Made by a program: the position numbers and the translations under genes. The notes under the pieces are model-generated. The model did no database searches, was not told the origin of the DNA, and was given only the letters and a program-made list of their open reading frames with translations. This document shows positions 30,411 through 40,414 of a stretch of DNA of 64,000 nt, piece after piece. The number at the start of each line of letters is the position of its first letter. Within the stretch, counting starts at the first letter, position 1. This DNA comes from an uncultured archaeon. GTDB lineage: Archaea; Iainarchaeota; Iainarchaeia; Iainarchaeales; VGJJ01. The DNA lies in contig CAYZNV010000001.1 of assembly GCA_964480125.1 (NCBI GenBank), positions 3,736 through 67,735 of the forward strand, in the 5' to 3' direction.

Positions 30411-31214
30411 TCATTCTTCTTCCGCGCGCAACGTGAAAAGAAGCAATTCCTGTTCAATGACACACTTATTCCCTTTCACGTGCGCATAGAGGAAGGCCTT
30501 CACTTCATTCAATTGCACTGGATTCATTTTCTTGGACAAAAACGTATTAAGGAAAACTTCTGCCGCCCATTCAGGGGAACGGAACTCAAACTGCAAGGGA
30601 ATACGCTTCAGCTCGACTTTCCACCCTTGCTCCTGACACCACTTATGGAATTGAATGGCGAATTCTTTCGATTTAGAAGCAAAATCCAGCTTACCGATCT
30701 CCTCAAGCTTAGGAAGATCCTTTTCCCCGGAAGCAAAACCAATTACTACTGGCGCACCCGGATGCGTCACGCGAATAAGCTCTTTTACTATCTTTTCCCA
30801 ACGCGATTTTTCATGAGAGATGGCACCCATGCAATACGTGGACTCGGAAACCCCATCATCCACGGGAATGGAAACCAAAGGGCATTGGATGGTTTGGACT
30901 TTATCCTTCAAGCGCTTTTCCTTAATCAAATCCTGTACCACGCCAATGCACCAATTATTCTCATCCACTGCCGTAATCGTTTCTACGAGACGCACTAGGG
31001 GCAAAATCAATCTCCCGGGACCACAACCCACATCCATGACATGCTTTCCCTTCACTTGCGCAGCCTCAATCAATGCAGGAATCTCGCGCGTATCGCGATA
31101 GACTGAGGCTTTCACCAGCTCATCCCAGTAATCCCAATACTTCTCTTTCTTCTCCTGCTTCCGCTGCTCAGGGGACTTATTGACGCGGGGAGTGGAATAG
31201 TGATCACGAGCCAT
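30411..31214 (-). CDS. Class I SAM-dependent methyltransferase
   Basis: Motif I HVMDVGCGPGRLILPLV. Confidence 0.7.
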   Translation of the reverse strand: MARDHYSTPRVNKSPEQRKQEKKEKYWDYWDELVKASVYRDTREIPALIEAAQVKGKHVMDVGCGPGRLILPLVRLVETITAVDENNWCIGVVQDLIKEKRLKDKVQTIQCPLVSIPVDDGVSESTYCMGAISHEKSRWEKIVKELIRVTHPGAPVVIGFASGEKDLPKLEEIGKLDFASKSKEFAIQFHKWCQEQGWKVELKRIPLQFEFRSPEWAAEVFLNTFLSKKMNPVQLNEVKAFLYAHVKGNKCVIEQELLLFTLRAEEE

Positions 31215-31217
31215 CTA

Positions 31218-32189
31218 CTATGACCTCGCCACCATTTTGACCATCAAGCCATGCTGCATACGACCATTATGGGCGTCGATGGCCTCTTTAACCGCCGGGT
31301 TTAGAATTGAAATAGGAACGGGCCCATAATGCATTAACACTAATGGATCCACCCACTTTACTTTCCAACTCAGCCGAAAATCAAAATCATCGCTTCGAAT
31401 GGCATCAAAATTCCCATTCAATAATGCGAGTTTGGACTGTATCAATGGATTTTGAGCCAACCGCAATTTTTCCAACACCTCCTCATCACTCGTATGCAAA
31501 TCCGCGCGCGAAATAATCCCTAGCGCAACCGCTTCCTTTAGAGCATCCGCAAACACACGATAGCCCGTCGCAAAACGAGGGCTGCTCCAAATGAGATCAT
31601 CCATATGCAAATACTGCAACGCAAATTCGGCCGCGAGTTGAGGCGATGCAAAGACGAATTCCCCATCATGCACGCGCAAGTCTTCCCACCAACGTCTGAT
31701 AGTGGAGGCATCCAATGAGTAAAGAGAATCCCTGAACGTATAATCAATCCGATCCGCACAAAGCCTTGGAGAAGGACGCTCGAGCAAACCAAAGGATTTC
31801 TTTTCAACTACTTTCTTCCAATCAAAACCATATTTCTCATAAATGGAGGGAATTTCAGAATTGGCAATTAATTCACCCAAATGCGCATCATCAAAATTAT
31901 GATCATATTGAGGAAATACCAAATCCAACACATGCGAAAACGCTCCATGCCCCACATCATGCAACAAGCCCGCAGCCTGCTCCTCTAGGCTTGCCCCTGC
32001 GCCACGCAGCAAAAGCATCACGCCCACGCAATGAGTATAGCGCGTACCCGTTTGTTTTGGATCAATTAAATAATTAGCCCCCGCTTGGTGAATACCCTTC
32101 ATTCGCTGAAGAGGAGCGCTAACCAACAACTCTTCAATGAAAGGCTCATCCAGCTCAACCACTCCATAAATAGGATCTGCCAAGCGCAT
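31218..32189 (-). CDS. HD-domain phosphohydrolase
   Basis: THCVGVMLL...LLHDVGHGAFSH...D. Start chosen at MRLADPIYG; the track ORF extends 156 codons upstream without conserved features. Confidence 0.6.
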   Translation of the reverse strand: MRLADPIYGVVELDEPFIEELLVSAPLQRMKGIHQAGANYLIDPKQTGTRYTHCVGVMLLLRGAGASLEEQAAGLLHDVGHGAFSHVLDLVFPQYDHNFDDAHLGELIANSEIPSIYEKYGFDWKKVVEKKSFGLLERPSPRLCADRIDYTFRDSLYSLDASTIRRWWEDLRVHDGEFVFASPQLAAEFALQYLHMDDLIWSSPRFATGYRVFADALKEAVALGIISRADLHTSDEEVLEKLRLAQNPLIQSKLALLNGNFDAIRSDDFDFRLSWKVKWVDPLVLMHYGPVPISILNPAVKEAIDAHNGRMQHGLMVKMVARS

Positions 32190-32241
32190 AACCAGTATCC
32201 ACGCCCACGGATTATAAGGAAAATGGTGCCTTGCTTCCAGT

Positions 32242-32853
32242 ATGACACCCTTTGAGCAGCGCGCCGCTGCTGCGCGATTCCGCATGGTAAAAGAACGCCA
32301 CCAAAAGAGCCTCGAGACTGCTATCGCCGAGAAGAAAATAGACCCCCTCATGGTGCCCATTTCCAAATTCATCGCGGGAACAAAAGAATACTTCACCACT
32401 TCCACGTGTTCGGGGCGCATTACCCTAATGGACTTGGATTCAACCGAAATGAAACGCGAAGGCGCCTTTTTTAGAAAATGGCATCGAACCGTCACGGCAA
32501 AAGAAGTGTGGGAAGGAATTGAAGATGAAAGCAATACCGGGAATCTCTGGTTCAAGCAAGACGGATTAGTCATGCTGCTGGGAACCCATTCCATGGAGAA
32601 TGCCAAGCACGTATTGGATGTGGTACACAACTTGGGAATGAAACGCATCGGAATCAATCATTTTGAACCCGGAAAAATCCACATCGAAATATTTGGAACG
32701 CACCATATGAGCGTTCCCGTGAAGAGTGGGAAAAAAATACTCGTGGAAAAAGAATACGTCAAAGAACTCGTGAAATTAGCCAACAAGAAATGGAAAATGA
32801 ACCACCAAACACTCAAAAAACTCTGCGCAGCGTTGAAAAAAGAACTCAAATAG
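32242..32853 (+). CDS. taw3: tRNA wyosine-derivative methyltransferase Taw3 (TYW3 family)
   Basis: TSTCSGRI matches the TYW3 S[ST]CSGR signature. About 200 aa. Confidence 0.65.
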   Translation: MTPFEQRAAAARFRMVKERHQKSLETAIAEKKIDPLMVPISKFIAGTKEYFTTSTCSGRITLMDLDSTEMKREGAFFRKWHRTVTAKEVWEGIEDESNTGNLWFKQDGLVMLLGTHSMENAKHVLDVVHNLGMKRIGINHFEPGKIHIEIFGTHHMSVPVKSGKKILVEKEYVKELVKLANKKWKMNHQTLKKLCAALKKELK

Positions 32854-32885
32854 AAATAAAACAAAAAAACGATGCTTTTGCAATA

Positions 32886-33983
32886 CTATTTCTCCGCAAC
32901 ATAGATTGGCGGAACATCCCGCGAGAGATTCCACGCGAGCTCGGTGCAATAAGCGCCCACATTCTCCACTGCAATCAAATCCCCACGCGCCAACTTAGCA
33001 AAAATACGCGCAAACTCATCACTCCCAAACATCGAGGGACCGCACAAAAAGAAGTTGTGCTTTTTTTCTCCACTTTCTTGCAAGGGAATGAAACGCAGCG
33101 GGGACATGGTGAGCTTGGAAAGCACATTCATGCCAGAATCCATCAACGCATAATGCGCATCATTGCCTTCTTTGACATGCTGCACTTGCAGGATTAGATT
33201 CATGGAATCCTCCACCAAATTCCTACCTACTTCAAAGACTACCTCTACTTTGGGAAGAAATTCCCCTAGTGTTTCATGGACCAATTCCATATAGGCATTA
33301 ATGCTGGTCTTGCGCATGCGGAGATTCTCATTCCCGGGGAATCCACCGCCCAAATCCAAGATGCGAATGGGAGGAAAGTCCAATAACAACCCATGCACGC
33401 GATTCAAGAAATTATGATAATCCTGCAGGGTTTGATTTGTTCCCGCGTGCGCGTGCAACGCGACTATATTCAAACCCAATTCCCCTAGTTCGCTGATGGC
33501 CTCTTTAATTTCTTGAGGAGAAAAACCAAAACGATGCGAGTCCATGCGCACACGAATGCCTACTTCCAATTTCTTGCCTTTCAGCAGGGAATGCAATAGC
33601 TGCGCTTGCGAGAGATTATCAATGATGATCAAACATTTCTGCTCGAGCGCCTCGCGCAATTCCGCTTCGGTTGCCGCAGGGGAATTGAGGATTTTCTTCC
33701 CGGAAAAAGGCTTTACTGCATGCAATTCGCGCAAGGACACTAACTCCATCCCTATTCCAGACTTATCGAGTGCTTGCAGAATGCGCGGATGCGGATTGGT
33801 CTTCACGGAATAGTACACCTGACTTTTTTTGAACTGCTTTTTGGTCGCGGAAAGAAATGCAGAGGCATTATCCTTTGCCGTTTCTGGAAACAAAACAAAA
33901 AAAGGACTCGCGTGTTTGGAGATAAAAGCATTTAATGCTTGCTGTCGCGCGGGGAGCATACGCATAAACGAAGGGGAACCCAT
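32886..33983 (-). CDS. PLP-dependent group IV (Orn/DAP/Arg-type) decarboxylase
   Basis: YYSVKTN carries the PLP-lysine. LDLGGGFPG glycine motif. C-terminal beta domain with CGPS...D. Confidence 0.75.
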   Translation of the reverse strand: MGSPSFMRMLPARQQALNAFISKHASPFFVLFPETAKDNASAFLSATKKQFKKSQVYYSVKTNPHPRILQALDKSGIGMELVSLRELHAVKPFSGKKILNSPAATEAELREALEQKCLIIIDNLSQAQLLHSLLKGKKLEVGIRVRMDSHRFGFSPQEIKEAISELGELGLNIVALHAHAGTNQTLQDYHNFLNRVHGLLLDFPPIRILDLGGGFPGNENLRMRKTSINAYMELVHETLGEFLPKVEVVFEVGRNLVEDSMNLILQVQHVKEGNDAHYALMDSGMNVLSKLTMSPLRFIPLQESGEKKHNFFLCGPSMFGSDEFARIFAKLARGDLIAVENVGAYCTELAWNLSRDVPPIYVAEK

Positions 33984-34014
33984 TTAAGGGCATTTCCTTG
34001 GATGCATCTAGTGT

Positions 34015-34503
34015 ATGGCCTTTACTTTCCGTCGCACCACGCGCGTTTCATCCAGCGTCGTTACTGCTAATCAGCCGGACGCCTGCCACGTGTTCATGAA
34101 TCACTTGCGCAGAGAATCCAGCGCCACGGGAAACCGACAGGGAATGGGAAAAGCATTGCGGGAAATCTATCGCATCGCGGGAAGACAGTCATTCTTCGAG
34201 CGCTTGCTGAATCGCAATCCCACTATTCGCGTGGGAAACGGAACTATTACCAAATCCCAACTCAAAAAAATAGAACATTTACTTGCGCGCGAGGGATTTG
34301 AAACCACCCTCATGCATATTTCAACGCCACACCCCATGCTCGCGGACTTATTCCAAGACAAAGAACAATACGCCGAGTTCGTTGCCCAAATACCCGAAAA
34401 GAAATGGCAACAAGTATTGGCGCCATTCGTTGCACATCCTAACCAGCAGCTGCGCGCGATGGCATTATTGGTATTCTTGCAGAATGCGCGCGGGACGAAA
34501 TAA
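34015..34503 (+). CDS. Hypothetical protein
   Basis: 162-aa ORF. Only weak evidence. Confidence 0.3.
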   Translation: MAFTFRRTTRVSSSVVTANQPDACHVFMNHLRRESSATGNRQGMGKALREIYRIAGRQSFFERLLNRNPTIRVGNGTITKSQLKKIEHLLAREGFETTLMHISTPHPMLADLFQDKEQYAEFVAQIPEKKWQQVLAPFVAHPNQQLRAMALLVFLQNARGTK

Positions 34504-34535
34504 TTTCAGTATTTACAATACAATCCAAAAAAGCT

Positions 34536-34955
34536 TTATGCTGCGGATTGACCAGTACAATGAAAAATAATTTCTGAATTTTCGACTACTACTGCAGTAT
34601 AACCAACTGTGCCCAACTCTTTATCTTTGAATTTACCTGCAAATAAAACTTGATTAATTTCCCCAAGATACGCACACCCACTTCCGCCACACTCATTACT
34701 GTAATGCTGAAATTTTTTATCATCATGGGATATAACTGACAAGAATGTTTCACTTCCATCTGCTAATATTTTGAACTCATCTGAATTAACTGAACTCAAA
34801 CTTGCCCCAACCCATTCTGTGCACATAAAATCAGTAGTACTAATGTTACTAGCAGGGGATGGCCCAATAGTCACTCCAAAAAACCAAAATAAAAATAATC
34901 CAATACTAAGAAACAAAACTATGATTGACCAGTTTAGTTTAGTTTTTTTAGTCAT
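34536..34955 (-). CDS. Small secreted/anchored Cys-containing protein
   Basis: N-terminal signal anchor IIVLFLSIGLFLFWFFGV. First gene of the secreted island. Confidence 0.45.
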   Translation of the reverse strand: MTKKTKLNWSIIVLFLSIGLFLFWFFGVTIGPSPASNISTTDFMCTEWVGASLSSVNSDEFKILADGSETFLSVISHDDKKFQHYSNECGGSGCAYLGEINQVLFAGKFKDKELGTVGYTAVVVENSEIIFHCTGQSAA

Positions 34956-35008
34956 GCCAATTCACTCCCAACTTGCAAGTGTATGAACTACTGTTAATAA
35001 ACGCAAAA

Positions 35009-35359
35009 TTATCGTAGTATTCCTTGCATTACACCAATAGGTTGAAGTGTGGCCAAATAAAATCCTAGAACAATTAACAAAAAAATGACGACCGGTTTAG
35101 CTTGGCTTTTTCCAAAAATCTTGCTAGAGATCTCAAATAAATTTAAGCCAAGTATCGAACCTAAGCCAATCATTAATCCGCCAATCATATTTACTACAAA
35201 ACTGTCCGCAGAAAAGAAAATTGTGGAATTAGGATTTTGAGCATCACTAATCGTTTGAGAGTACCACCCATAACTAGAATAAATGTAATATATACCAAGA
35301 AGTAAAAGAATGCCAAAAATTATTTTGTATGCAGTGCTATTCGCCATGTAAAACCCCAC
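35009..35359 (-). CDS. Small membrane protein
   Basis: 116 aa, 3 TM helices. The stop overlaps the start region of the metalloprotease gene. Confidence 0.4.
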   Translation of the reverse strand: MGFYMANSTAYKIIFGILLLLGIYYIYSSYGWYSQTISDAQNPNSTIFFSADSFVVNMIGGLMIGLGSILGLNLFEISSKIFGKSQAKPVVIFLLIVLGFYLATLQPIGVMQGILR

Positions 35360-38066
35360 CTAATTGACATATATAATTATTACTCATAATCCGACCAACT
35401 GGTTGCGGTAAAAGAGCATAGCTGGTTGAATAGTTTGAACTTGATACCTCCCCACCAGCATAACCCAAACTATATTGAATAGTAACTAAAAGATGGCTGA
35501 TATCATAAGATAGCACATTATTCTGATTTCTATCAACGATATTAACAACATCTACGTCTTGGAAATATGGAATTGCAAGAGCAAAGTTCCTGTCACTTGT
35601 AACAAGCGAATTGGCTTCAGGTAAAATGGAGCCATTACTATCATGAAGTGGCGCCCCTAAAATTCCAATTGGCGGGCTGTAGTTATAATCATACAAGAGG
35701 TTGCCATCACTTGATTTAAGTTGAATTGAATAATTTGCATCATCCGATTGAGGAATCTCTCCAGCAATACCAGGAACAAGCGATGCAGCCAACACAGTCA
35801 TTTGACCATCCTTTTGCATAATGGAAAGAACGAATGTGTAAAAATCCTTAATGAGTGGAGATGTAGGTGGATAAAAAGTAATGTCGGCTAGTAGCTCATT
35901 TTCATTTACTTGGCCAAATTCATGACGCGGATTGAAATGACTACCCATTAATGTATTGGTATCATACGCTCGATACCAAGAATCGAAATAACAGGGTGAA
36001 AAACAACCTGTGCCTGGAATTGAAGACCATTTTGAACAAACAGGCGATTCAGTACAATTCGCCAATGTACCTGCCGATACGTTCGTAGTGTTACCCGTCC
36101 AATATTCATCCCACAATCCGCCAAAACTATGACCAAACTCGTGACTAAAAACGCGTTGTAACTCATCTATATTATCTGCTATACCAAAACATCCAGCTGT
36201 TCCGCTTCCATTACAGTCTGGATTTGAAAGATTAACATCTACTGGAAAATTACATGTTCCTGCAAATTCACATCCTAATAGTACATAATTCATATGCGTT
36301 CCATTACTTGTAATATTTCGTAAAAAGTCAACTTCTGGGGGCAAACTATACGATCCAAAGCGCGGAGTTAATGAAAGAAGTGAAAATTCATTTCCAAAGG
36401 GACAAACTTCTTTGGCACGGCCATTTACTATTGCATTGTTAAAATGGCCAGAACCGTCTAATTGATAGGCATTGTATTCATCTACCATCCAGACGTTGAA
36501 TTTTGTTTTATTTGATTTAAATGGTTCAAAGGAAAATAGACCATTTTGATCGCTACTGTAATTAATAACATAATTTATTGCGTATTCGAATTGGTTTTTA
36601 TCTTCAAATCCACTTCCAATGAAAACCAAATCAATTTTTTGAGACGGTTCACCGTTATTGATTACTTGTCGACACAGAGTATTATCAGAAAATCTGGGAC
36701 TGTAATATCTGAAATTATCTAATGCGACAACGGAGTAAGTGGAAGTCACATAGATACTGCCGCTCTGGTTTGGAATGATAAAATTAATATCATTCTGGAC
36801 AGGCAAACTCGAGAGCAACCCCCCATAGATTTGAGTATCAGGCGACCCATCGCTGGGATCAAAATAAATCCTGAACGTACAATTAGCTGGATTAAAGTGA
36901 TTACAGCTCTTGTGAATAACGTCAAAGAACATTCTCCCACCATTCATTGTGTAACTTGAACGCAATGAATCGGAAGTCGTAGTACTATCCCCCATTGCCA
37001 CAAAAAAACGACCATCATCCACATACATATGATTGGGGATTTTTTCACGAACAAACTTAACAACGCCACTAGCCACCGTCCAACCACTAGGAGGAGTCTG
37101 AGTATACCCCAGCGTACCACCCATCGTGTAAACTCCGCCATACGTGTCCGGAATAACTCCCTCAAATGAACCGCTTAGAATTGCAGTATGACGATTCACA
37201 TGAACAGTATTTTGACCATACAAATCACGATTGGAAACTCCATCACACGAAACATAATAACTCACATCCCGAGAATCACCGCTAGTAATGTCCAACGAGA
37301 TATTGCCTGTACGATAGATTTCATTCCCAACATAAGAAGTAGAATGCGATAAATTATCTGTTTCATTGAACACCGTGCAAGTAGCCCCAGAGGGATAATT
37401 TACATCAATCGTAAAAGACTCTCCTGCTTCAATATGGTCTACAAAAGGACTAGAATCATTATCAACTAACAAGGGATAACGCTGAAAGCGAAAATTATCC
37501 AACGCGAAATTAACTAACGTAAATGTTCCTCCAGAACGAAATGCCGCAAGCGAGAATCGACCATCAACATTGGGAAAATTGACGTCGTATGTTTGTTTTG
37601 GGCTCGCATTGGTCAACACCAAGACAGTGAATGAATCTGCTTTATTCGCATCTACTGGATTGTAGTTGAGTCTCAGTTGAGAAGTACTATTCCAAAAGCT
37701 GCTATTTCCGATTCCATTCAAATCAAATAATATTCTTCCAGCCCTAAAGATATCGGGGTGAGATAATACGGTGAAGTTATTGCTGGTGGTACTCGTAGTC
37801 CCACACACAAAAATATTTCCGTCAGTTGGATAGCTCCCTGCATTGCGATCAAAATAACGAATGTGTGTGCCACCAACACTTTCACCATCAACCCAAGTCG
37901 AAACCGTTTCACAAAAAGGCTTATTGGAAACCAAACTCCCGCAGCTTTCAGCGCTAGCCGTTGAACATGACTCAAATGAACCATTTGTGATTAATGGATA
38001 TGGCTGGGCAAAAGCACTGGAAGAAAAAATAAAGATGAATAAGAAAAATAACCAATAACCCTTCAT
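35337..38066 (-). CDS. Large secreted zinc metalloprotease (HExxHxxGxxD type; M64/snapalysin-like motif)
   Basis: Signal peptide MKGYWLFFLFIFIFSSSAFAQ. VFSHEFGHSFGGLWDEY zinc-binding motif. 909 aa, rich in N-x-S/T sequons, with predicted beta-rich repeats. Confidence 0.7.
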   Translation of the reverse strand: MKGYWLFFLFIFIFSSSAFAQPYPLITNGSFESCSTASAESCGSLVSNKPFCETVSTWVDGESVGGTHIRYFDRNAGSYPTDGNIFVCGTTSTTSNNFTVLSHPDIFRAGRILFDLNGIGNSSFWNSTSQLRLNYNPVDANKADSFTVLVLTNASPKQTYDVNFPNVDGRFSLAAFRSGGTFTLVNFALDNFRFQRYPLLVDNDSSPFVDHIEAGESFTIDVNYPSGATCTVFNETDNLSHSTSYVGNEIYRTGNISLDITSGDSRDVSYYVSCDGVSNRDLYGQNTVHVNRHTAILSGSFEGVIPDTYGGVYTMGGTLGYTQTPPSGWTVASGVVKFVREKIPNHMYVDDGRFFVAMGDSTTTSDSLRSSYTMNGGRMFFDVIHKSCNHFNPANCTFRIYFDPSDGSPDTQIYGGLLSSLPVQNDINFIIPNQSGSIYVTSTYSVVALDNFRYYSPRFSDNTLCRQVINNGEPSQKIDLVFIGSGFEDKNQFEYAINYVINYSSDQNGLFSFEPFKSNKTKFNVWMVDEYNAYQLDGSGHFNNAIVNGRAKEVCPFGNEFSLLSLTPRFGSYSLPPEVDFLRNITSNGTHMNYVLLGCEFAGTCNFPVDVNLSNPDCNGSGTAGCFGIADNIDELQRVFSHEFGHSFGGLWDEYWTGNTTNVSAGTLANCTESPVCSKWSSIPGTGCFSPCYFDSWYRAYDTNTLMGSHFNPRHEFGQVNENELLADITFYPPTSPLIKDFYTFVLSIMQKDGQMTVLAASLVPGIAGEIPQSDDANYSIQLKSSDGNLLYDYNYSPPIGILGAPLHDSNGSILPEANSLVTSDRNFALAIPYFQDVDVVNIVDRNQNNVLSYDISHLLVTIQYSLGYAGGEVSSSNYSTSYALLPQPVGRIMSNNYICQLGGVLHGE

Positions 38067-38884
38067 GCAACCACCTTCTCAATAGAGGGTCTTGCGACAT
38101 AGCACGCAAGCAATAGCAACCCCATTAGTCCAAACAATAGCATTCCCTCGTTTTTTTCGAGAGTGATTCCGGGAATGATTTGAGAAGAGCCATTGTAATC
38201 CAAATTCCCGCGCACGCTGATGATATGCGGAGAAGCAGAGGAATTATAGAAACGCACATTCGTGTCCACTAACGAATGATGCGTGCCGGCTTGGATAACA
38301 TAATTATCATTAACCATTACTTCATTGTCATGAAACAAGCAATCGGCATCAAAACCAAAATCACCCATAGGATTAGGAAAGCACAAATCACTCGAATAGG
38401 TGTGCAACTTGACCTGCTTCGAAATCTGATTTAAACCAGGATTCTGCCCCTCACGAAAACCACACGCAATCGAATGAGTCACATCCGCAACACTCGTAAG
38501 AGACTGAGAAAAAGACTTATCCTCGTTCGGGCGACCAGGAGTGGCGCACCAAGCACCGCTACAATCAATATCCACCCCACTCGTTTGAGGAACTTGACTC
38601 AAAACGTTAAAATCGCCATTCTGAAAAACATTTGTCATCCAAACCCCATAACAATTCAAGTCCCCCTGCGAACAAGAACAACTCGTACTGGGCGCAGGAT
38701 CAAACGACCATTTACACGTCACAGTAACAGTATCCCCCGCAAGCACGCCATAATCCACATCCGTATATTGGACTAGGCCACCACCGCTAAGGCTGATATT
38801 GATATCAGGCACACTACACGTACCCGCAAAAACTCCCATTGAAAAAAACAAGAGGAAAATAGCAATCAAGAAAAAACGAATCAT
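38063..38884 (-). CDS. Secreted cysteine-rich protein with C-terminal TM anchor
   Basis: Signal peptide MIRFFLIAIFLLFFSMGVFAG. About 14 Cys. C-terminal LLFGLMGLLLLACYV anchor. Overlaps neighbouring genes by 4 nt. Confidence 0.5.
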   Translation of the reverse strand: MIRFFLIAIFLLFFSMGVFAGTCSVPDINISLSGGGLVQYTDVDYGVLAGDTVTVTCKWSFDPAPSTSCSCSQGDLNCYGVWMTNVFQNGDFNVLSQVPQTSGVDIDCSGAWCATPGRPNEDKSFSQSLTSVADVTHSIACGFREGQNPGLNQISKQVKLHTYSSDLCFPNPMGDFGFDADCLFHDNEVMVNDNYVIQAGTHHSLVDTNVRFYNSSASPHIISVRGNLDYNGSSQIIPGITLEKNEGMLLFGLMGLLLLACYVARPSIEKVVA

Positions 38885-39660
38885 GGGAGAAGACCCCCAT
38901 TCTGCTGATCGGAAATCAGGGCACACAAAGCTAGGGCAGTTGCATGCGACGACGTAACATTACGCGAGACATCAAAATCACTCGACCAACCCCCATCCAA
39001 CTGCTGATACGAATAAATTTCATCACGCTGCGCAGAAGTCAAAGGAACCCCATACAAGCCCAACACACAAAAACGCTCTAATTTTTCATCAAGCGTCGGG
39101 GCAGCAGGTTGCGCAGATAATTCCTGGACTTTTGATTGAGTCAGCGCAGCCAATTCAGGAGCAGTTGCGTTCGCGTTCGGACATTGCGCATATAGGTGCA
39201 ATAACAGCAAGGCATGCTCATCATTGTAATTACCAAACTCCTCTGCAGGGTTATCCGAGTAACCACCAAGTGAAGCAATCACCTCATTCGTCAAAGGCTC
39301 GCATGAAAACGCACGAGCATAACCCAGATTGTATTTGAGATTTGTTTCAAATTCGCTAAGCTCACTCACCAAAATAGGCTCGCCAAGCACCCATTTCCTC
39401 CACATTGCGTGCTTGGAATCCAATAACTCCACACGCTGAACGGCTTTCTGCTTGAATTGATAGTTGGGTGCGATAGAGTCAAGTATTGCAATGACCGAAA
39501 TGTCAGTGGCGTCATAGTTTTCCTGCGAATCAAGAAAAGCAACTCCATTGTTAACGGCCGTTTGGAGCTGCTCATTCGCAACGAGCTGCGCATGCACCCC
39601 AAAGCCTGCGAATAAAAGGATTGCAAGCCCTATGCCGATGGCTATGAATTCCCGATTCAT
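38881..39660 (-). CDS. Secreted protein with prenyltransferase/terpene-cyclase-like (QxxDGGW) repeat
   Basis: Signal peptide MNREFIAIGIGLAILLFAGFGVHA. YQQLDGGWSS resembles the squalene-cyclase/prenyltransferase alpha-toroid repeat. Confidence 0.45.
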   Translation of the reverse strand: MNREFIAIGIGLAILLFAGFGVHAQLVANEQLQTAVNNGVAFLDSQENYDATDISVIAILDSIAPNYQFKQKAVQRVELLDSKHAMWRKWVLGEPILVSELSEFETNLKYNLGYARAFSCEPLTNEVIASLGGYSDNPAEEFGNYNDEHALLLLHLYAQCPNANATAPELAALTQSKVQELSAQPAAPTLDEKLERFCVLGLYGVPLTSAQRDEIYSYQQLDGGWSSDFDVSRNVTSSHATALALCALISDQQNGGLLP

Positions 39661-39661
39661 A

Positions 39662-40321
39662 CTAGCAGTTCACCTGGATGTTGATTGCGTTATTGACATC
39701 ATCCCAATAGATGCGACCACAACCTAGCTGAATATCTCCCCCCACATTCAAATCATTGCGGACTTGAAGATAGTTCACGTCTAAGGGGGTTGACACATTC
39801 CCATCGAATAGTTGCTCTGAATGCACTTCTCCTTGGCCGCCGCGGAAGGTTTGAGGACCCGAAAGCTGCTCCCCATTCACATAGAGGCACATAAAATAGT
39901 CCTGATTGAAATTGAGCTTCAGCAAATCATTCTGATCCCCTAACAATAAATTGAACGCCCCGTCTTGGATGACATTAAAATAATTATAATCGAAGAAAAT
40001 TTTTTGAGTGCAAGAACTGATATCGCTAATCTTCACGCCCAAATTACCATCATCAATGGGGGTGTTATTGAAATCAGTAACTTTCCCTTGGAGACTCATC
40101 TTGGTGGGAATGGAATTGTGCGCGATATCCGTATAGCCGGAACTCACTGCAGAATCAAATCGCTCGAATTGCGAAGGAGAAGAGGAGGAAAGAGAGCGCG
40201 AAGAAGAGGAAATATCAAACAGCGACGGGATTGGACTTACCCACGCATGCAAAAGAAAACCTACACCAAAAGCCACAATGGCTAAACCAATAATAAATAC
40301 TTTTTCCATCCCAACCCACAC
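39662..40321 (-). CDS. Secreted hypothetical protein
   Basis: Signal peptide MEKVFIIGLAIVAFGVGFLL followed by a Ser-rich linker. Confidence 0.45.
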   Translation of the reverse strand: MWVGMEKVFIIGLAIVAFGVGFLLHAWVSPIPSLFDISSSSRSLSSSSPSQFERFDSAVSSGYTDIAHNSIPTKMSLQGKVTDFNNTPIDDGNLGVKISDISSCTQKIFFDYNYFNVIQDGAFNLLLGDQNDLLKLNFNQDYFMCLYVNGEQLSGPQTFRGGQGEVHSEQLFDGNVSTPLDVNYLQVRNDLNVGGDIQLGCGRIYWDDVNNAINIQVNC

Positions 40322-40414
40322 TCCTCGCGGGTATTATGCGCAACTTCATTAAAAAGCTATGTAGAATTTTCAGTGAAATAGAACAGGAGAGAATAACGAG
40401 AAGGAAAAAAAGCT

